Assembly (NCBI GenBank): GCA_963818475.1
Contig: CAWFSF010000006.1
Span: forward strand, 1,376,001 to 1,440,000
Direction of reading: 5' to 3'
DNA: 64,000 bases
Origin: Nitrospirota bacterium
GTDB lineage: Bacteria > Nitrospirota > UBA9217
Below, piece by piece: positions 39,739 through 51,325 of the stretch. Made by a program: the position numbers and the translations under genes. The first letter of the stretch is position 1. Each line of letters begins with the position of its first letter. Under the pieces are notes generated by a model. It had not been told where the DNA came from, did not search any database, and saw only the letters and a list, made by a program, of their open reading frames with translations.

Positions 39739-40308
39739 TCAGGCAAAGACGAGTGTGCCGAGACCAAGCAGCATGAACAGTATGCCGGCTGCAGGCGTCA
39801 CCAGCCGGGCGGGGATGAACTTATGAAGCCGGCCGGCAACAAGAATCCCGAGCAGGGACGCCAGGCTCAAGGCGACAAGGCTTCCGAGGAACACCGCAAT
39901 GAAATTCTGATACTTTACCGACAGCAGCAGGGTCGCGATCTGGGTCTTATCACCCATCTCGGAGACGGCGATCAGACTGAAGGCGGTAATGAAGCCAGCC
40001 TTTGCCGATGGTTTGACCGCTGCGGTTTCGTTGTCCTCACCCTTGCGCAGCAGCATGTATATCCCAAACAGGATGAACACCCATGCGGATATTCGAGTGA
40101 TCAAATCCGGTGACAGCAGTTCACCCAATCCTTTTCCCAGGACCGCAGCGCTGCCGGAAAGCAGTGCAAATGCAAGGACCGCTCCGGTCAATACCGGACG
40201 CCCCCCGTAGCGCAGGGCAAGCGTGAAAACCATCAGTTGTGTCTTGTCTCCGAGTTCGGCAACAAAAATAAGCCCGAAAGAAACGAGGAATATCATTATG
40301 AGGGACAT
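39739..40308 (-). CDS. TMEM165/GDT1 (UPF0016) family cation transporter
   Basis: Two copies of the E(L/M)GDKTQ motif in a multi-TM protein. Confidence 0.9.
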   Translation of the reverse strand: MSLIMIFLVSFGLIFVAELGDKTQLMVFTLALRYGGRPVLTGAVLAFALLSGSAAVLGKGLGELLSPDLITRISAWVFILFGIYMLLRKGEDNETAAVKPSAKAGFITAFSLIAVSEMGDKTQIATLLLSVKYQNFIAVFLGSLVALSLASLLGILVAGRLHKFIPARLVTPAAGILFMLLGLGTLVFA

Positions 40309-40322
40309 AAATAAAGGCTCTC

Positions 40323-41037
40323 CTAGGGCTTTCCCAACAGGTCATGCTGCTTCCTGACAAGTGCCTTGATCCCTTTTTCACCAAGAGCAACCAGCCTGTT
40401 GAGTTCGGCCTTTGAGAACGGTTCACCTTCAGCCGTCCCCTGCACCTCAACGATCCTGCCTTTGCCGGTCATGACGATGTTCATATCAACCTCTGCAGCG
40501 GAGTCTTCCGTATAGCAGAGGTCGAGCATGGGTTTCCCGTCGACGATCCCGACGCTGATCGCCGCCAGATAGTCCGTCACGGGAATCGTCGTCGATCATC
40601 CCCTGCTTTCTGGCCCGTCTGAGGCCGTCGACGAGCGCAATATAGGCGCCCGTTATCGAGGCCGTACGAGTGCCGCCGTCGGCCTGGATCACATCACAGT
40701 CGATGAGCACGGTCCGTTCACCCAGGGCTTTCATATCCACGACCGATCGCAGGGACCGTCCGATGAGCCGCTGGATCTCATGGGTGCGGCCGCCGACCTT
40801 GCTCCGCTCGCGCGAGATCCGCTGCGCTGACGAACGGGGAAGCATGGCATATTCCGCCGTGACCCATCCGGTCCCCTTGCCTTTGAGGAACGGAGGGACC
40901 GAGTTCTCCACCGTCGCCGTGCACAGCACGCGCGTATCGCCAAACTCGATCAGGACCGAACCTTCGGCTGTTTTGAGATAATTTCTGGTGACCTTCAGCT
41001 TGCGGAGTTCATCCGCTTTTCTGCCATCTGCCCGCAT
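40323..41037 (-). CDS. rph: Ribonuclease PH (frameshift near 40590)
   Basis: MRADGR; AEYAMLP; [15 protein letters not shown]; [13 protein letters not shown]; continues [16 protein letters not shown] in another frame. Confidence 0.93.
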
Positions 41038-41169
41038 TGCATCCTCCTGTTCAGAAATCTCTTTCGCCCGACGCACACAGAACCCCTGCGTTCAAGCATA
41101 ACTTATTATCGGCAATCGCCTGGACAGGCGATGCCGTATGTCCTTGGCGCTCTTATGCGAAACCACCAA

Positions 41170-42531
41170 TTAGATCTTGTACTTTTTCAGTTTGTACCGC
41201 AGCACCCGCTCACTGATGCCGAGCCGTTCTGCAGCGCGTGTCTGGATGCCGTCAGACTCTTTCAGCGCATCGAGGATGAGGCCCCGCTCCACGGTATCGA
41301 GCGTTTCGTTGAGCTGCCCCTTTAAGGGAACAACAGGCGCCTTGCCGTCGCTCTCTGCGCCCTGGAGATGCAGCGGAAGATCCGTGACCGTGATCGTCCC
41401 CCGCTTCGCCAGCACCACTGCGCGCTCGATGATGTTTTCCAGTTCCCTGACATTCCCGGGGTATGCATACCGCATCAACCGGTCCCGTGCCTCTGCTGCC
41501 ACTCCCGAGATTTCCTTCTTATTCTCGGCACTGTATTTTTTAATAAAATGCTCCATCAATGCCGGAATGTCTTCCTTCCGGTCGCGCAGCGGCGGGATGA
41601 CCACGGACACGACATTCAGGCGGTAGTAGAGGTCCTCCCGGAATCTTCCTTCACGAATGTCCTTTTCGATGTCGCGGTTCGTTGCCGTGATCACGCGAAC
41701 GTCGACCTTGATCGTCTGGTTTCCGCCGACGCGTTCGAACTCCCGTTCCTGCAGCACCCGGAGCAGCTTCACCTGCATTCCCGGCGTCAGTTCACCAATC
41801 TCGTCCAAAAAGATGGTCCCCGTGTCAGCAGCTTCGAACCGTCCGATGCGTTTCGAGGTGGCGCCGGTAAAAGCGCCTTTTTCGTGGCCGAAAAGCTCGC
41901 TTTCGAGCAGTGTCTCGGGAAGCGCAGCGCAATTGACCTTGATAAGCGGGCATTTCGCCCGCGGGCTGTGGTAATGGATCGCCTTGGCAACCAGTTCCTT
42001 GCCCGTGCCGCTTTCCCCCCGCAGCAGCACCGTGGCATTGCTGGCCGCCACACGGCCGGCGAGGTTCAGCGCCTCTTCCATGGCATGGCTGGTGCTCACG
42101 ATCTCGTCGAACTTATATCGTTCGCGGAGCTGTTCCTTCAGTTCTGTGTTCTCACGGATAAGGTTCTGTCGCTCCGAGATACGCTCAATTAAGAGGACCA
42201 GCTGTTCCAGGTCAATGGGCTTGGGAAGATAATCATATGCCCCTGCCTTGATCGCCTTCACCGCCGTTTCGATAGTTCCAAAGGAGGTCATAATGATGAC
42301 CGCCATGTCAGGATTCAGTTTGTGTGCCTCGCCTGAGGTCCGGAGCGCATCCACGCCGGGGATGTTACAGTCGGTAAGAAACAGATCGAACCGCTCCCGT
42401 TTAAGCGCCTCCATGGCGTCGGCAACGCTGCCGACACCCAGAACATCATATTTCCGCTGCGCGAGGAACGTTTCGATCCGCTTCCGTTCCTGTTCCTCGT
42501 CATCCATGACCAGAATTCGCGCTTCCTGCAT
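41170..42531 (-). CDS. Sigma-54-dependent response regulator (NtrC/AtoC family)
   Basis: REC domain; GESGTGKE; GAFTGA; YPGNVREL; Fis-type HTH. Confidence 0.93.
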   Translation of the reverse strand: MQEARILVMDDEEQERKRIETFLAQRKYDVLGVGSVADAMEALKRERFDLFLTDCNIPGVDALRTSGEAHKLNPDMAVIIMTSFGTIETAVKAIKAGAYDYLPKPIDLEQLVLLIERISERQNLIRENTELKEQLRERYKFDEIVSTSHAMEEALNLAGRVAASNATVLLRGESGTGKELVAKAIHYHSPRAKCPLIKVNCAALPETLLESELFGHEKGAFTGATSKRIGRFEAADTGTIFLDEIGELTPGMQVKLLRVLQEREFERVGGNQTIKVDVRVITATNRDIEKDIREGRFREDLYYRLNVVSVVIPPLRDRKEDIPALMEHFIKKYSAENKKEISGVAAEARDRLMRYAYPGNVRELENIIERAVVLAKRGTITVTDLPLHLQGAESDGKAPVVPLKGQLNETLDTVERGLILDALKESDGIQTRAAERLGISERVLRYKLKKYKI

Positions 42532-42535
42532 ATCG

Positions 42536-43522
42536 TTACTCGTCCTTTATTGCCGTTGTCTGAGATTGTTTTGCCGAGAGGTCCGCCACGATGCCTTCAC
42601 GCAGCCCCCCGCTGCTGACCAGCATTTCCCTGTATGCGTAGCGTTCCATTATTTCCTGCGTTATGATCGCGCCGGGAAGAATAATGTCTTCGCGCCCCGG
42701 TTCCAGGCCGGCCAGGGTCCTCCGTTCGCTTAAACTGGAGCGCACCAGCGTTTGTACGATCCTGTCTATGGCACTCCGGGTAAGGATCGAACCATTGATC
42801 TTCACGGGATCATAGCTAGCCATCCCCTGGTCCATGGCGGCCAGGGTCGTGATCGTACCCGCGGTCCCGATAAGTTTTTCCGGTCGGCTCCCCGCACCCA
42901 GCGGCAGTGACTGCCGGACGTTCTCCGCCCTTTCCAGTTCCATCCGGATGGCCTGCCGAAGCGCTGCGACCTCATCCAATGCAGGCGGATCAGCGGCAAC
43001 GTATCGCTCAGCCAGATACACTGCTCCGAGAGGAAGGCTCTGCACTAAGGGCCCGCTGCAGCCATTCGTCAGGATGAACTCCGTGCTGCCGCCGCCGATA
43101 TCGATGACCAAAGCCGAGGCCAGCAGGCCGGTCTCCCGCTCACCCTGTCCCTGCAGCGCGCTCGCTACCCCCAGGAGGGTGAGCCGTGCTTCCTCCTCAC
43201 CGTTGACAACACGGACAACGATGCCCGTTCGGCGGTGCACCTCAGCGATGAATTCCTGTGCGTTCGAGGCGTTCCTGAGCGCGCTCGTACCGATGGCCGA
43301 GGTCTTGCTGGCTGAAAAGCGGTGAATATGAGCGCTGAATTCGCTGAGGGCGGAAAAAGACCGCTCCATGGCGTCCGGAGAGAGCCTGCTTGTGCGGTCG
43401 AGGTCTTTGCCGAGGCGGGTTGTCCTGCGTGCTGAATACAGTTCGCGGAAGGCATCCGTGCCGGCTTCGGCAATGATGAGGCGGATGCTATTTGTTCCGA
43501 TATCGATCCCCGCAAGGATCAT
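42536..43522 (-). CDS. Ppx/GppA family exopolyphosphatase
   Basis: IDIGTNS; TSALR; EEARL; DIGGGSTE; GLREG. Confidence 0.9.
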   Translation of the reverse strand: MILAGIDIGTNSIRLIIAEAGTDAFRELYSARRTTRLGKDLDRTSRLSPDAMERSFSALSEFSAHIHRFSASKTSAIGTSALRNASNAQEFIAEVHRRTGIVVRVVNGEEEARLTLLGVASALQGQGERETGLLASALVIDIGGGSTEFILTNGCSGPLVQSLPLGAVYLAERYVAADPPALDEVAALRQAIRMELERAENVRQSLPLGAGSRPEKLIGTAGTITTLAAMDQGMASYDPVKINGSILTRSAIDRIVQTLVRSSLSERRTLAGLEPGREDIILPGAIITQEIMERYAYREMLVSSGGLREGIVADLSAKQSQTTAIKDE

Positions 43523-43977
43523 ACTGTAAGCAGATTTTTGAACCGATCACCATAGGCCCTGATGCGCATGGCGAGCAGCCTCGTGATCGCCATCAGAAGA
43601 CGGGAGCCGGTCCGCGGATCCAGGTCGAGCAGGGCTTGAAAATCTTTTCTGGTGAGCATCAGCAGCTCCGTTTGACCTTCGGATTTTGCCGTCGCCAGCC
43701 GCCCTTCTCCCTGAACCAGCGCGAGCTCACCAAAGAACTCGCCCGGATTAAGCAGCAGCAATCCCCGCTCGTGCCCTTCTCCGGCCATAACGGAGATCCT
43801 GACGTTTCCGCTCTTGATGATATAGAGCGCTTCTGCAGGCATGTTTTCCGTAAATATCGTGGTGTTCGATTTTATTTTGCGTTCCTGGAACAGGCCCAGC
43901 GCAAGTTCAAGCTCCTCGACGGTGCACCCTTTGAACAGCATCGTTTGGTGTAAGAGCTCCAGATTATCCATAGACAA
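43519..43977 (-). CDS. Stand-alone cyclic-nucleotide-binding domain protein
   Basis: LYIIKSG.V...GEFFGELAL...RLATA. Confidence 0.85.
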   Translation of the reverse strand: MSMDNLELLHQTMLFKGCTVEELELALGLFQERKIKSNTTIFTENMPAEALYIIKSGNVRISVMAGEGHERGLLLLNPGEFFGELALVQGEGRLATAKSEGQTELLMLTRKDFQALLDLDPRTGSRLLMAITRLLAMRIRAYGDRFKNLLTV

Positions 43978-44088
43978 TAGTTGATTCGGCTGCTGCCGTC
44001 CCTCCGAAATGAGGCGCCGTAACCAGCCTCATGGTATCCTGATTATAAACGGACAGCTGATTTTGTCAAGAAACAAAGAAGTTTTTTG

Positions 44089-45558
44089 TCATAGCCTGCA
44101 CTGCTCCGGCAATTCCTCGGGGATGGCCATGAAACTCCGTCTTTCGGCAAGAATGACCGTTCCGGGTTTCGCTCCTTTCGGTTTGCTCACCTTGCCGGCG
44201 AGGGTATGGGTGACCGACACTTTTCCCGCTCCACGCCCCTTGCTGTAGAAAGCAGCATACGAAGCCGCCTTCATCAACACCTTCTCTGGCACCGGAACCC
44301 CTCCGGGATTGCGCACCAGGACATGTGAACCCGGCATCCCCTCCGCATGGAGCCACCTGTCGCAGGACCGGGCAAGTTTTGTAGTCAGGTAGTCGTTCCC
44401 TGCCGCACTCCTGCCGACAAGGATCTCCCATCCGCAAAAGACCGTTCTGCGGTATGACGGCGGATCTCCCGCCAATCTCTTTTTTGCGGAACTCTGAGGC
44501 ACGTTACGGCAATCCCGCACGCTCATTTCGACACGAAGACGGATGAGCGTGTCCGTGTCCGGTGCTGCTGCAACGGAAGCTTGCAAGTGCTGGAGGGATG
44601 CCGCCTCCTCGCGTGCCGCGACGAGCCGGGCCAGGACGATCGCTCTTCCTGACTTTGCTTTCTTATATCGTTTAAAATACTGTTCGGCGTTTTGTGTCGG
44701 GGAGCACCGGGGATCAAGCCGCACCGACATCATCGTGCCATCATAATCAGCAAGCGCCGCCTGCTCCTGCCCACGGTCCAGACAGCTCAGGTTTGCCAGG
44801 ATCAGGTCGCCTATTTTTCGGAAATCTTCCGCCCGGCTGGACAAAACAAGGTCGGCCGAGAGTGCCTCTGTCCGGCGAAGGGTTTTTGTCAGGCTTTTCG
44901 CAAGCGCACGCGAAAGCTCTTTGCGCTGTGCGTCAAGTTGTCCACCCGAAATACGCTCATTGAAAAAGGCCTCAGCAACACAGTTCGCAGGTGCATCGCT
45001 CAGGGACGCAGAAGAAAACCGGCCGGTCGGGATCACTCCGGCGTTTTCAAGTTGATGAGCCGTCGTTGCCGGTCGGAATTCCCTTGCCGGCGGAGGAACA
45101 TAGGTAAGGCCTGCAAGAAGCTGCCGTTGACGAGCATCCGAAACCGGGACAGGAAAATAGACCGCCTTAATGACCGACGCTGCATTCACCATGACCAGAT
45201 TTGCCGCGGAGCCGGTGAGTTCGGCAACGAGCCGGAACTCGGCACCCCTGGCTGAAAGCAGGATCTCGACCACGCGGTCATTGTTCAACACCGCCACTCC
45301 CTTGACCGTTGCGCCCGACAGATGACTCCGGAGGTAAAGGACCATTGCATGGGGTGGGGTTACGGCCGGAGGTTTTTTTATGACCAGATGGAGTCGGGGC
45401 ATCGTCCGGTCGGGAGCGATCAGCAGAACGAGATCCCTGTCGGAACGGTGCAGCAGAAGATGGATTCCATTGGCCCCCTGGAACACACGCCGCACCCGCG
45501 CCCCGGGAAGCAGGGCTGCAAGTTCGTCAACAACGGACGTAAGCAATTCGTAACGCAT
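44089..45558 (-). CDS. NFACT/Rqc2 (FbpA-like) ribosome quality-control protein
   Basis: DRVVE; ELTG..ANL; NAEQYFKRYKKAK; VGRSAAGND; WLHA..PGSHV. Confidence 0.88.
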   Translation of the reverse strand: MRYELLTSVVDELAALLPGARVRRVFQGANGIHLLLHRSDRDLVLLIAPDRTMPRLHLVIKKPPAVTPPHAMVLYLRSHLSGATVKGVAVLNNDRVVEILLSARGAEFRLVAELTGSAANLVMVNAASVIKAVYFPVPVSDARQRQLLAGLTYVPPPAREFRPATTAHQLENAGVIPTGRFSSASLSDAPANCVAEAFFNERISGGQLDAQRKELSRALAKSLTKTLRRTEALSADLVLSSRAEDFRKIGDLILANLSCLDRGQEQAALADYDGTMMSVRLDPRCSPTQNAEQYFKRYKKAKSGRAIVLARLVAAREEAASLQHLQASVAAAPDTDTLIRLRVEMSVRDCRNVPQSSAKKRLAGDPPSYRRTVFCGWEILVGRSAAGNDYLTTKLARSCDRWLHAEGMPGSHVLVRNPGGVPVPEKVLMKAASYAAFYSKGRGAGKVSVTHTLAGKVSKPKGAKPGTVILAERRSFMAIPEELPEQCRL

Positions 45559-45669
45559 GCACCTATACTCCTGCTGATTGCTCTGCATCGTTCCAGCTTC
45601 AAACCGGTGACGAAGACGGCAGACAACCGCAGAAAACCCTAAAGCTATCTGACGTCCGGCGCAACGCTG

Positions 45670-46407
45670 CTATGGGACCTGCAGCATCTTGTGCACTTGC
45701 GGGATGACCCGCACATCGCCAAGGATCTCCAGCGCCTTTTCCTGGAAGGCAAGGAGCATGGCCGGTGCCGGTGCGGAATTTCCGCTGGCAGGCTGGAGAA
45801 TGAAAGGAACCGAAGGATCGGTGCTCGAAATGATCCTGGCGGCAGTAATGATGTCGTCCAGAGAGGTGTCATTGGTCATGACCGCTTTTACAAAGCACTC
45901 CTTCCCGCGGGTGGCGACAAGGAACTTCCGGTGTTCTTCCCAGAAGGGACGCAGTCCTGTGGCAGAGGGAAGCTTGATATCCATGCTCACCACATCGATG
46001 AAATCGACGACCTGCTGCAGCGCTTCGAACTGAATGCCGTTCGTTTCAAGATAGATTCGGAATGCCGGCCTCATCTGCGGAAGCCATGCTGATAAAAAAT
46101 CACGCTGGAGCAGCGGTTCACCGCCGGTGAGGCTGAGAACCTGCAGGAGGCCGGGCAGAGCAAGACGCGTGCATAGTTGTGAAAGGCGGTCAGCGGTCAG
46201 CGGATTTTGCACCATTTCCTGTTCCCAAGAGGCCAGCGACCGCTGCGCCCGGCAAATATCACCATGCAACTGAATTGCAGCCGGGGTATCGCAAAAGCGG
46301 CAGCGGATATGGCAGCCCTGAAAACGAACAAAAATATGCCGTTCTCCTATCCGAGGCCCCTCGCCCTGCACTGAGGAAAATATTTCATCAATAAAGGCTG
46401 TCTTCAT
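45670..46407 (-). CDS. queE: 7-carboxy-7-deazaguanine synthase
   Basis: EIFSSVQGEG; FVRFQGCHIRCRFCDT; TGGEPL; ETNG; PQVHK. Confidence 0.88.
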   Translation of the reverse strand: MKTAFIDEIFSSVQGEGPRIGERHIFVRFQGCHIRCRFCDTPAAIQLHGDICRAQRSLASWEQEMVQNPLTADRLSQLCTRLALPGLLQVLSLTGGEPLLQRDFLSAWLPQMRPAFRIYLETNGIQFEALQQVVDFIDVVSMDIKLPSATGLRPFWEEHRKFLVATRGKECFVKAVMTNDTSLDDIITAARIISSTDPSVPFILQPASGNSAPAPAMLLAFQEKALEILGDVRVIPQVHKMLQVP

Positions 46408-46542
46408 ATTGCAGGATAATACAGAACATTAATCTTAAATACAAGTACAAGGACAGAAAAATGCACTTTTTAACTTATCTTGGCGAATCAGGTAGTTAAT
46501 GCAACATATTGATTATACTTCACTTTTACTAGCTATTCTTAC

Positions 46543-46572
46543 TTGACAATTCAACATTAATAAGGTAATACT
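46543..46572 (+). promoter_or_regulatory. Sigma-70-type promoter for the mltD-like gene
   Basis: TTGACA-N17-TAATAC, followed by a GGAGG RBS. Confidence 0.5.
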
Positions 46573-46592
46573 AAAGGTAATATGGAGGTTTC

Positions 46593-47928
46593 ATGAAAAG
46601 CGGTTCTATTGTACTTTCAATCTGCATTATTGTGTTACTGTCGTCAGCCCCGATACAGGCAGAGACCCTGGCCTATCAGGACGGCCAGACAACCATCCCT
46701 TCCCAGCTTAAACCGCCAACTGAGGACCTTGCACAGCTTGATGAACTGATCGATGAGGCTTCTGAAGAGAAGCCCTATCATATCCCCATGATCCTGAACG
46801 ACAGCGTCGAGAACCATCTTGAGTATTTCAAGACGCGCGGACGGGATGTATTCCAGCGGTGGCTCGACCGCTCGGCGCGGTACATTCCGGTTATGAAGGA
46901 TATTTTCAAAGAAAAGAACCTGCCGGAAGACCTGGTCTATGTGGCCATGATCGAGAGCGGTTTCAACCCCTATGCCGTTTCCTGGGCCAAAGCCGTGGGC
47001 CCCTGGCAGTTCATGCCCGCAACCGGCAAGCTTTACGGGCTCAAGATCGACTGGTGGATCGACGAGCGCAAGGATCCGATCAAGTCGACCATGGCAGCAG
47101 CAGAACACCTGAAGGATCTGCACAACCTCTTCGGCTCCTGGCCGCTTGCCCTGGCATCGTATAATGCCGGCGCTGGAAAGGTCCAGCGTGCAGTGCTCCG
47201 GACGCGTTCCGATGATTTCTGGGACCTGAAGGCATCGCGCTACATCCGCAAGGAAACCAAGAACTACGTCCCCAAGTACATGGCCGCAACTATCATTGCC
47301 AAGAATCCCGAGGCATACGGATTCAGCGTCACCAGTATCGAGCCGTACAATTTCGACGAGGTTGTGGTCGACCAGTCCACGGACCTCCGCTTGATCGCGC
47401 GCTGCGCCAACTGCACCTATGAAGAGATCAAGGAATTGAACCCTGAGATCAAACGGTGGGTGACGCCTCCCCAATATGCGAATTACGTCCTGCGGATCCC
47501 GAACGGCAGAAAAGACACCTTCCTTGCGAATTACGCCGCAGTCCCGGCGGAACAGAGGATCACATGGGAACGGCACCTGGTGCAAAAGGGAGAGACCCTT
47601 GCCGTCCTTGCCAGAAAGTACAATACGACCCCTGAGGCGCTCCGCGATATCAACGGGATCAAAAAGGACCGCGTCATTCCCGGCAAGCACATTCTTATCC
47701 CTCTCGACCTGAACAGCAAGACCCAGGACTTAAGCTACCTGACCATCAACCAGGGCAGCAAGACTGCAGGATATCTTGTACCGGGTTCGGAGAGGTGAGA
47801 CGCTCGGCGTCATCGCACGAAATCATAATGTAACGGTTGCCGATATCAGGGAGTGGAACAAAGGACTGGGGAAATCGGTGCGGGCCGGCCAGAAGATCAA
47901 GCTCATCGTGGACACTGACCAGATCTGA
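46593..47928 (+). CDS. mltD: Lytic murein transglycosylase with LysM domains (frameshift near 47765)
   Basis: IESGFNP; GPWQFMP; YNAG; ETKNYVP; LysM repeats, the last of which (YRVRRGETL...) is in a shifted frame ending at TGA 47928. Confidence 0.85.
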
Positions 47929-47949
47929 CACAGACGAAGGCGACGAATT

Positions 47950-47983
47950 AAAAAAAGGCCGGGAGCGAATCCCGGCCTTTTTT
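47950..47983. terminator. Bidirectional intrinsic terminator
   Basis: AAAAAAGGCCGGGA-GCGAA-TCCCGGCCTTTTTT between convergent genes. Confidence 0.8.
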
Positions 47984-48021
47984 ATTTGTCTCTATGCAGT
48001 ACAGCTTATGCAGAGCTGGAC

Positions 48022-48699
48022 TCAGACGGCCAGCAAGGTACCCTGGTTCATGCGGAGATGGCGTTTCGTCTGCCTCGCCAGGTCGGTATTATGGGTGACC
48101 ATGATGAACGTGACCCCTTTGGACCTCGTTCATGGTCTTAAAGAAACGCATCATGTCCCCTTCCGTCTCTTCATCGAGGTCTCCCGTAGGCTCGTCGGCC
48201 AGCACCAGGGCCGGATCGTTCATAAAGGCCCGGGCGATCGCCACCCGCCGCTGCTGTCCGCCGGACAATTGCGCAGGATAGACGTTGATCTTGTCCGTGA
48301 GGCCGACCATGCTGCAGCAGTTCTTCCGCCTTTCGCCGCCTCCTGCCCGGCTGCGCGCGGCCTGAAGACCGTGGGCAGCAGAAGGTTCTCCTTGACCGTG
48401 AGTATCGGAAGAAGACTGGCGAACTGGAACATAAATCCGATCTTTTCACAACGGTATTCCGAGACCCGGTCGCTTGCCAGCGCATAGATATCCTCGCCGT
48501 CGAACAGGACCTTCCCCGAGGAGGGACGGGTAATGCCGCCGATCATGGACAGCAGGGTGGTTTTGCCTGAACCGGAGTGTCCGACGATCGAGATGAAATC
48601 TCCCTTGTCGATCCGCAGAGAAACGGAACGAACGGCGTCGATGGGAGCGTTATCGACGAGGTAGGTCTTGGTGATATTCTCAACAATGATCTGCGGCAC
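48022..48699 (-). CDS. ABC transporter ATP-binding protein, LolD/MacB type (frameshifts near 48315 and 48115)
   Basis: GHSGSGKT; [14 protein letters not shown]; [10 protein letters not shown], spread across frames. Confidence 0.85.
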
Positions 48700-48702
48700 G
48701 GA

Positions 48703-49901
48703 TTACTCCTGTTTGATCACGAGCAGGGGTTCCAGCTTTTTTAAGCCGTTGGACCGGCGACAGCGCCCCCAGCACGCAGATGCCGGTCCCGAACAACAGG
48801 CCGGCAAGAGCGATGACCGTACGGGTGAACGTACTGAGGTCTACGGGGAGATTTTTCAGGATCGAAAAACTTTGCGCCATGATGAACGTCAGTGTTGTTC
48901 CCGCGATAATGCCGACAATGCTTCCTATCGCACCGAGCACAAGGACCTCAAAGAGGAACAATGTTCACCACATGTCGCTCTTTCGCACCGAGAGCACGCA
49001 TGATACCGACCTCCCGCGTCCGCTCGTTCGCAATGGCGGTGAAGATCGCCCACACCAGGAAGAGCGAAAGAACGGTTGAAAGGACCATGGTGAGATAGAA
49101 GATCTTGCTGATGTCCCCCAGGGTGGTGATCAGGCTCTTTCCGATGTCCTTGCGCATCACGACGTCCAGTTCAATGATATTGTTCTCGATCTCGGACATG
49201 ACCGTATAGGGGTCCGCGCCCTTTTTGAGCTTGGCGAAGATCACGGATATCTGGTCCGGCTTGATATCTGCATCGCTGTTCTTGATGATCTCGTCGATGT
49301 TCTCATCGCTGATGAACACCGCGGTATCGAGGCCTGAGCCGGTCTTGTCCAGTACGCCGACCATGCTGAACACGCTGCCGAACAGCTTCGCCTCCATCTC
49401 CACCATTCCAAGATTGATATTATAGGCCGACTCGCTGCCGACGATGGCTTCCCCTTTTCGCAGCTTCCGTCCCAGTTTGTCTTTCAGCCAGGGCGTAACA
49501 ATGAAGTCGGTCTCCTGGTTAAAGGCAACGACCATGGATGACGGAACGGAACAGCAAAGTCCGGTAAGCGTTACCAGATAGGTCTGAGCGGAAACCTTAT
49601 CGATGCCCTCGATCTTTTTGATCCGGTCAAGAAAGGACTTGTTCATGTAGAAGGACGTGGCACGGTTCTCTACCAGAATGTCCTCTGCCCCTCCCCGGGC
49701 TCCCGTAGGCACGATCAGAAGGTCGGCGCCAAGGCGGTCCGACGTCAGCTTGATGCTTGAATTAACGCGCGTGACAAAGGAGAGGGCAAAAACGAGAGCA
49801 GCCACCATCAGGGACAGCGCCGCCACGAGGATGCCGGTCCGGAGGGGCCGGCGGCGCAGGTTACGGAAAGCCATGGATGAGAGCGTAAATTGATCAGGCA
49901 T
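48703..49901 (-). CDS. ABC transporter permease, FtsX/MacB type (frameshifts near 48965 and 48730)
   Basis: RNLRRRPLR; RLGADLLIVP; ERTREVGIMRALGA; C-terminal TMs lie in ORF 48680..48961. Confidence 0.85.
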
Positions 49902-49920
49902 AGTGTTTTAGCAGGCAAAT

Positions 49921-49956
49921 AAAAACCTTCTCTGCGGAATATCCCGCAGAGAAGGT
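49921..49956 (-). terminator. Intrinsic terminator
   Basis: ACCTTCTCTGCGG/CCGCAGAGAAGGT stem followed by a T-tract on the minus strand. Confidence 0.7.
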
Positions 49957-49985
49957 CAGGACGTTTCAGCTATTGGATCTTTATA

Positions 49986-51133
49986 CTACTTCTTCCAGTT
50001 CGTGTCAAGGCCGCAAAGAACAGCATTCTTGTCGCCGAGACCCATGCCCTTGTGGCATGCCAGGCAGACCGAGGTGGACTTGTCGGACAATTTCTTCGCA
50101 TCAGCATCATAGAACATGAGCGTGCCGTCGGTGATGTCAACGCCCTTGCCCTCTTTTACGATCGCCTTGCCGTCGGCATCGCAGCCGGCAGTCACGGTAC
50201 GAACCGTCAGCATGGCATACTTGTCGTCAGGCGTCGTCTGTGCATCGTGGATCTGGTTTCCGGCCGGCATCATCTTCTCGTCGATCAGGGTCAGGGTCTT
50301 TGCATCGAGCACCCAGAGGCGGTCGCCTGCCGACTGATAGATGCGGGTTCCGTCGTTCGAGAAGTACTGGCGGAAGGTGATGGTCTTGTCCGGCTCACCC
50401 TTCAGCGTGTTCTTGGCGATCTTCTTGAATTTGCCCTTTTCAAGCGATGCCATATCAACAAGGATGAAATCGATGGAGCCGTTGCCTTTGCCGTCCTTGC
50501 TGCCTGATTGAGCACCAGAAGGAAGGTCTTCATGTCAGGCGAGTTGATGCCGTGCGTGAACTTGTACGTCCCCTTTTCATAGCCCAGGTCGCTCACCCAT
50601 ACCCGTTCCTTGTGCTTCATCGTGGCCTTGTCAAAGACATCGACATAGCCTTCCTGGCCCATGAACACCGGCATGTAGAAACCCTTGCTCTGGCCGGATG
50701 CGCAATAGAGCGGCGGCTTCGAGCCACCTGCGCTGGCATCGGGGTCCATGGCAACATCCTTGATCACGTTGCCGGTCTTGAGGTCGGACTTGCCTACATG
50801 CTGCTTGCCCTTCGGGTCAAGCACATAGGTTGACCAGAACATGGTGTTCGGATCGTTCGCATCGATACGTGCGTCATGGGTCGGATGGGTCTTCTTGTCA
50901 CCGATAACAATGCGGTCCAGGTTGGTCACTTTGATCGGCTCATTTTCATTGCTCGGGTCGATGGTCACATCGGCCTTGGCAAAGTGGCCGCCCATACCGG
51001 CAACATAGGTTGTGCCGCTGTAGGTAGTGCCTGCTGCGATGGCGACCGGCGTTGTGGAATCAACGGTCGTAAAAGCAAGGTAGCCCATAACAACAACTGC
51101 GCATATGGTCAGTACAACGAAAACCTTTTTCAT
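49986..51133 (-). CDS. Exported His-containing beta-propeller-like protein with C-terminal CxxCH (frameshift near 50495)
   Basis: ORFs 50402..51217 and 49986..50453 join. N-terminal signal/anchor; GMGGHFA, THPTHD, FTHG, QIHDA...TPDDKYA; CLACH. Confidence 0.7.
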
Positions 51134-51325
51134 ACTGTTCCTCCCTATTATAATATTATTTAACATCATACTTGATACATGTTTGTTCGAGTGTTCGACA
51201 TAATACTTCTGTAGCACGTTGCCCCTAGCACCTCCTTGGTATTATATAAAGAGCATATTGCTTATGATTATACACAGTATCACAGAGCTATAACAAGGTC
51301 GTCAACTTCAAATTCTAATTTTACA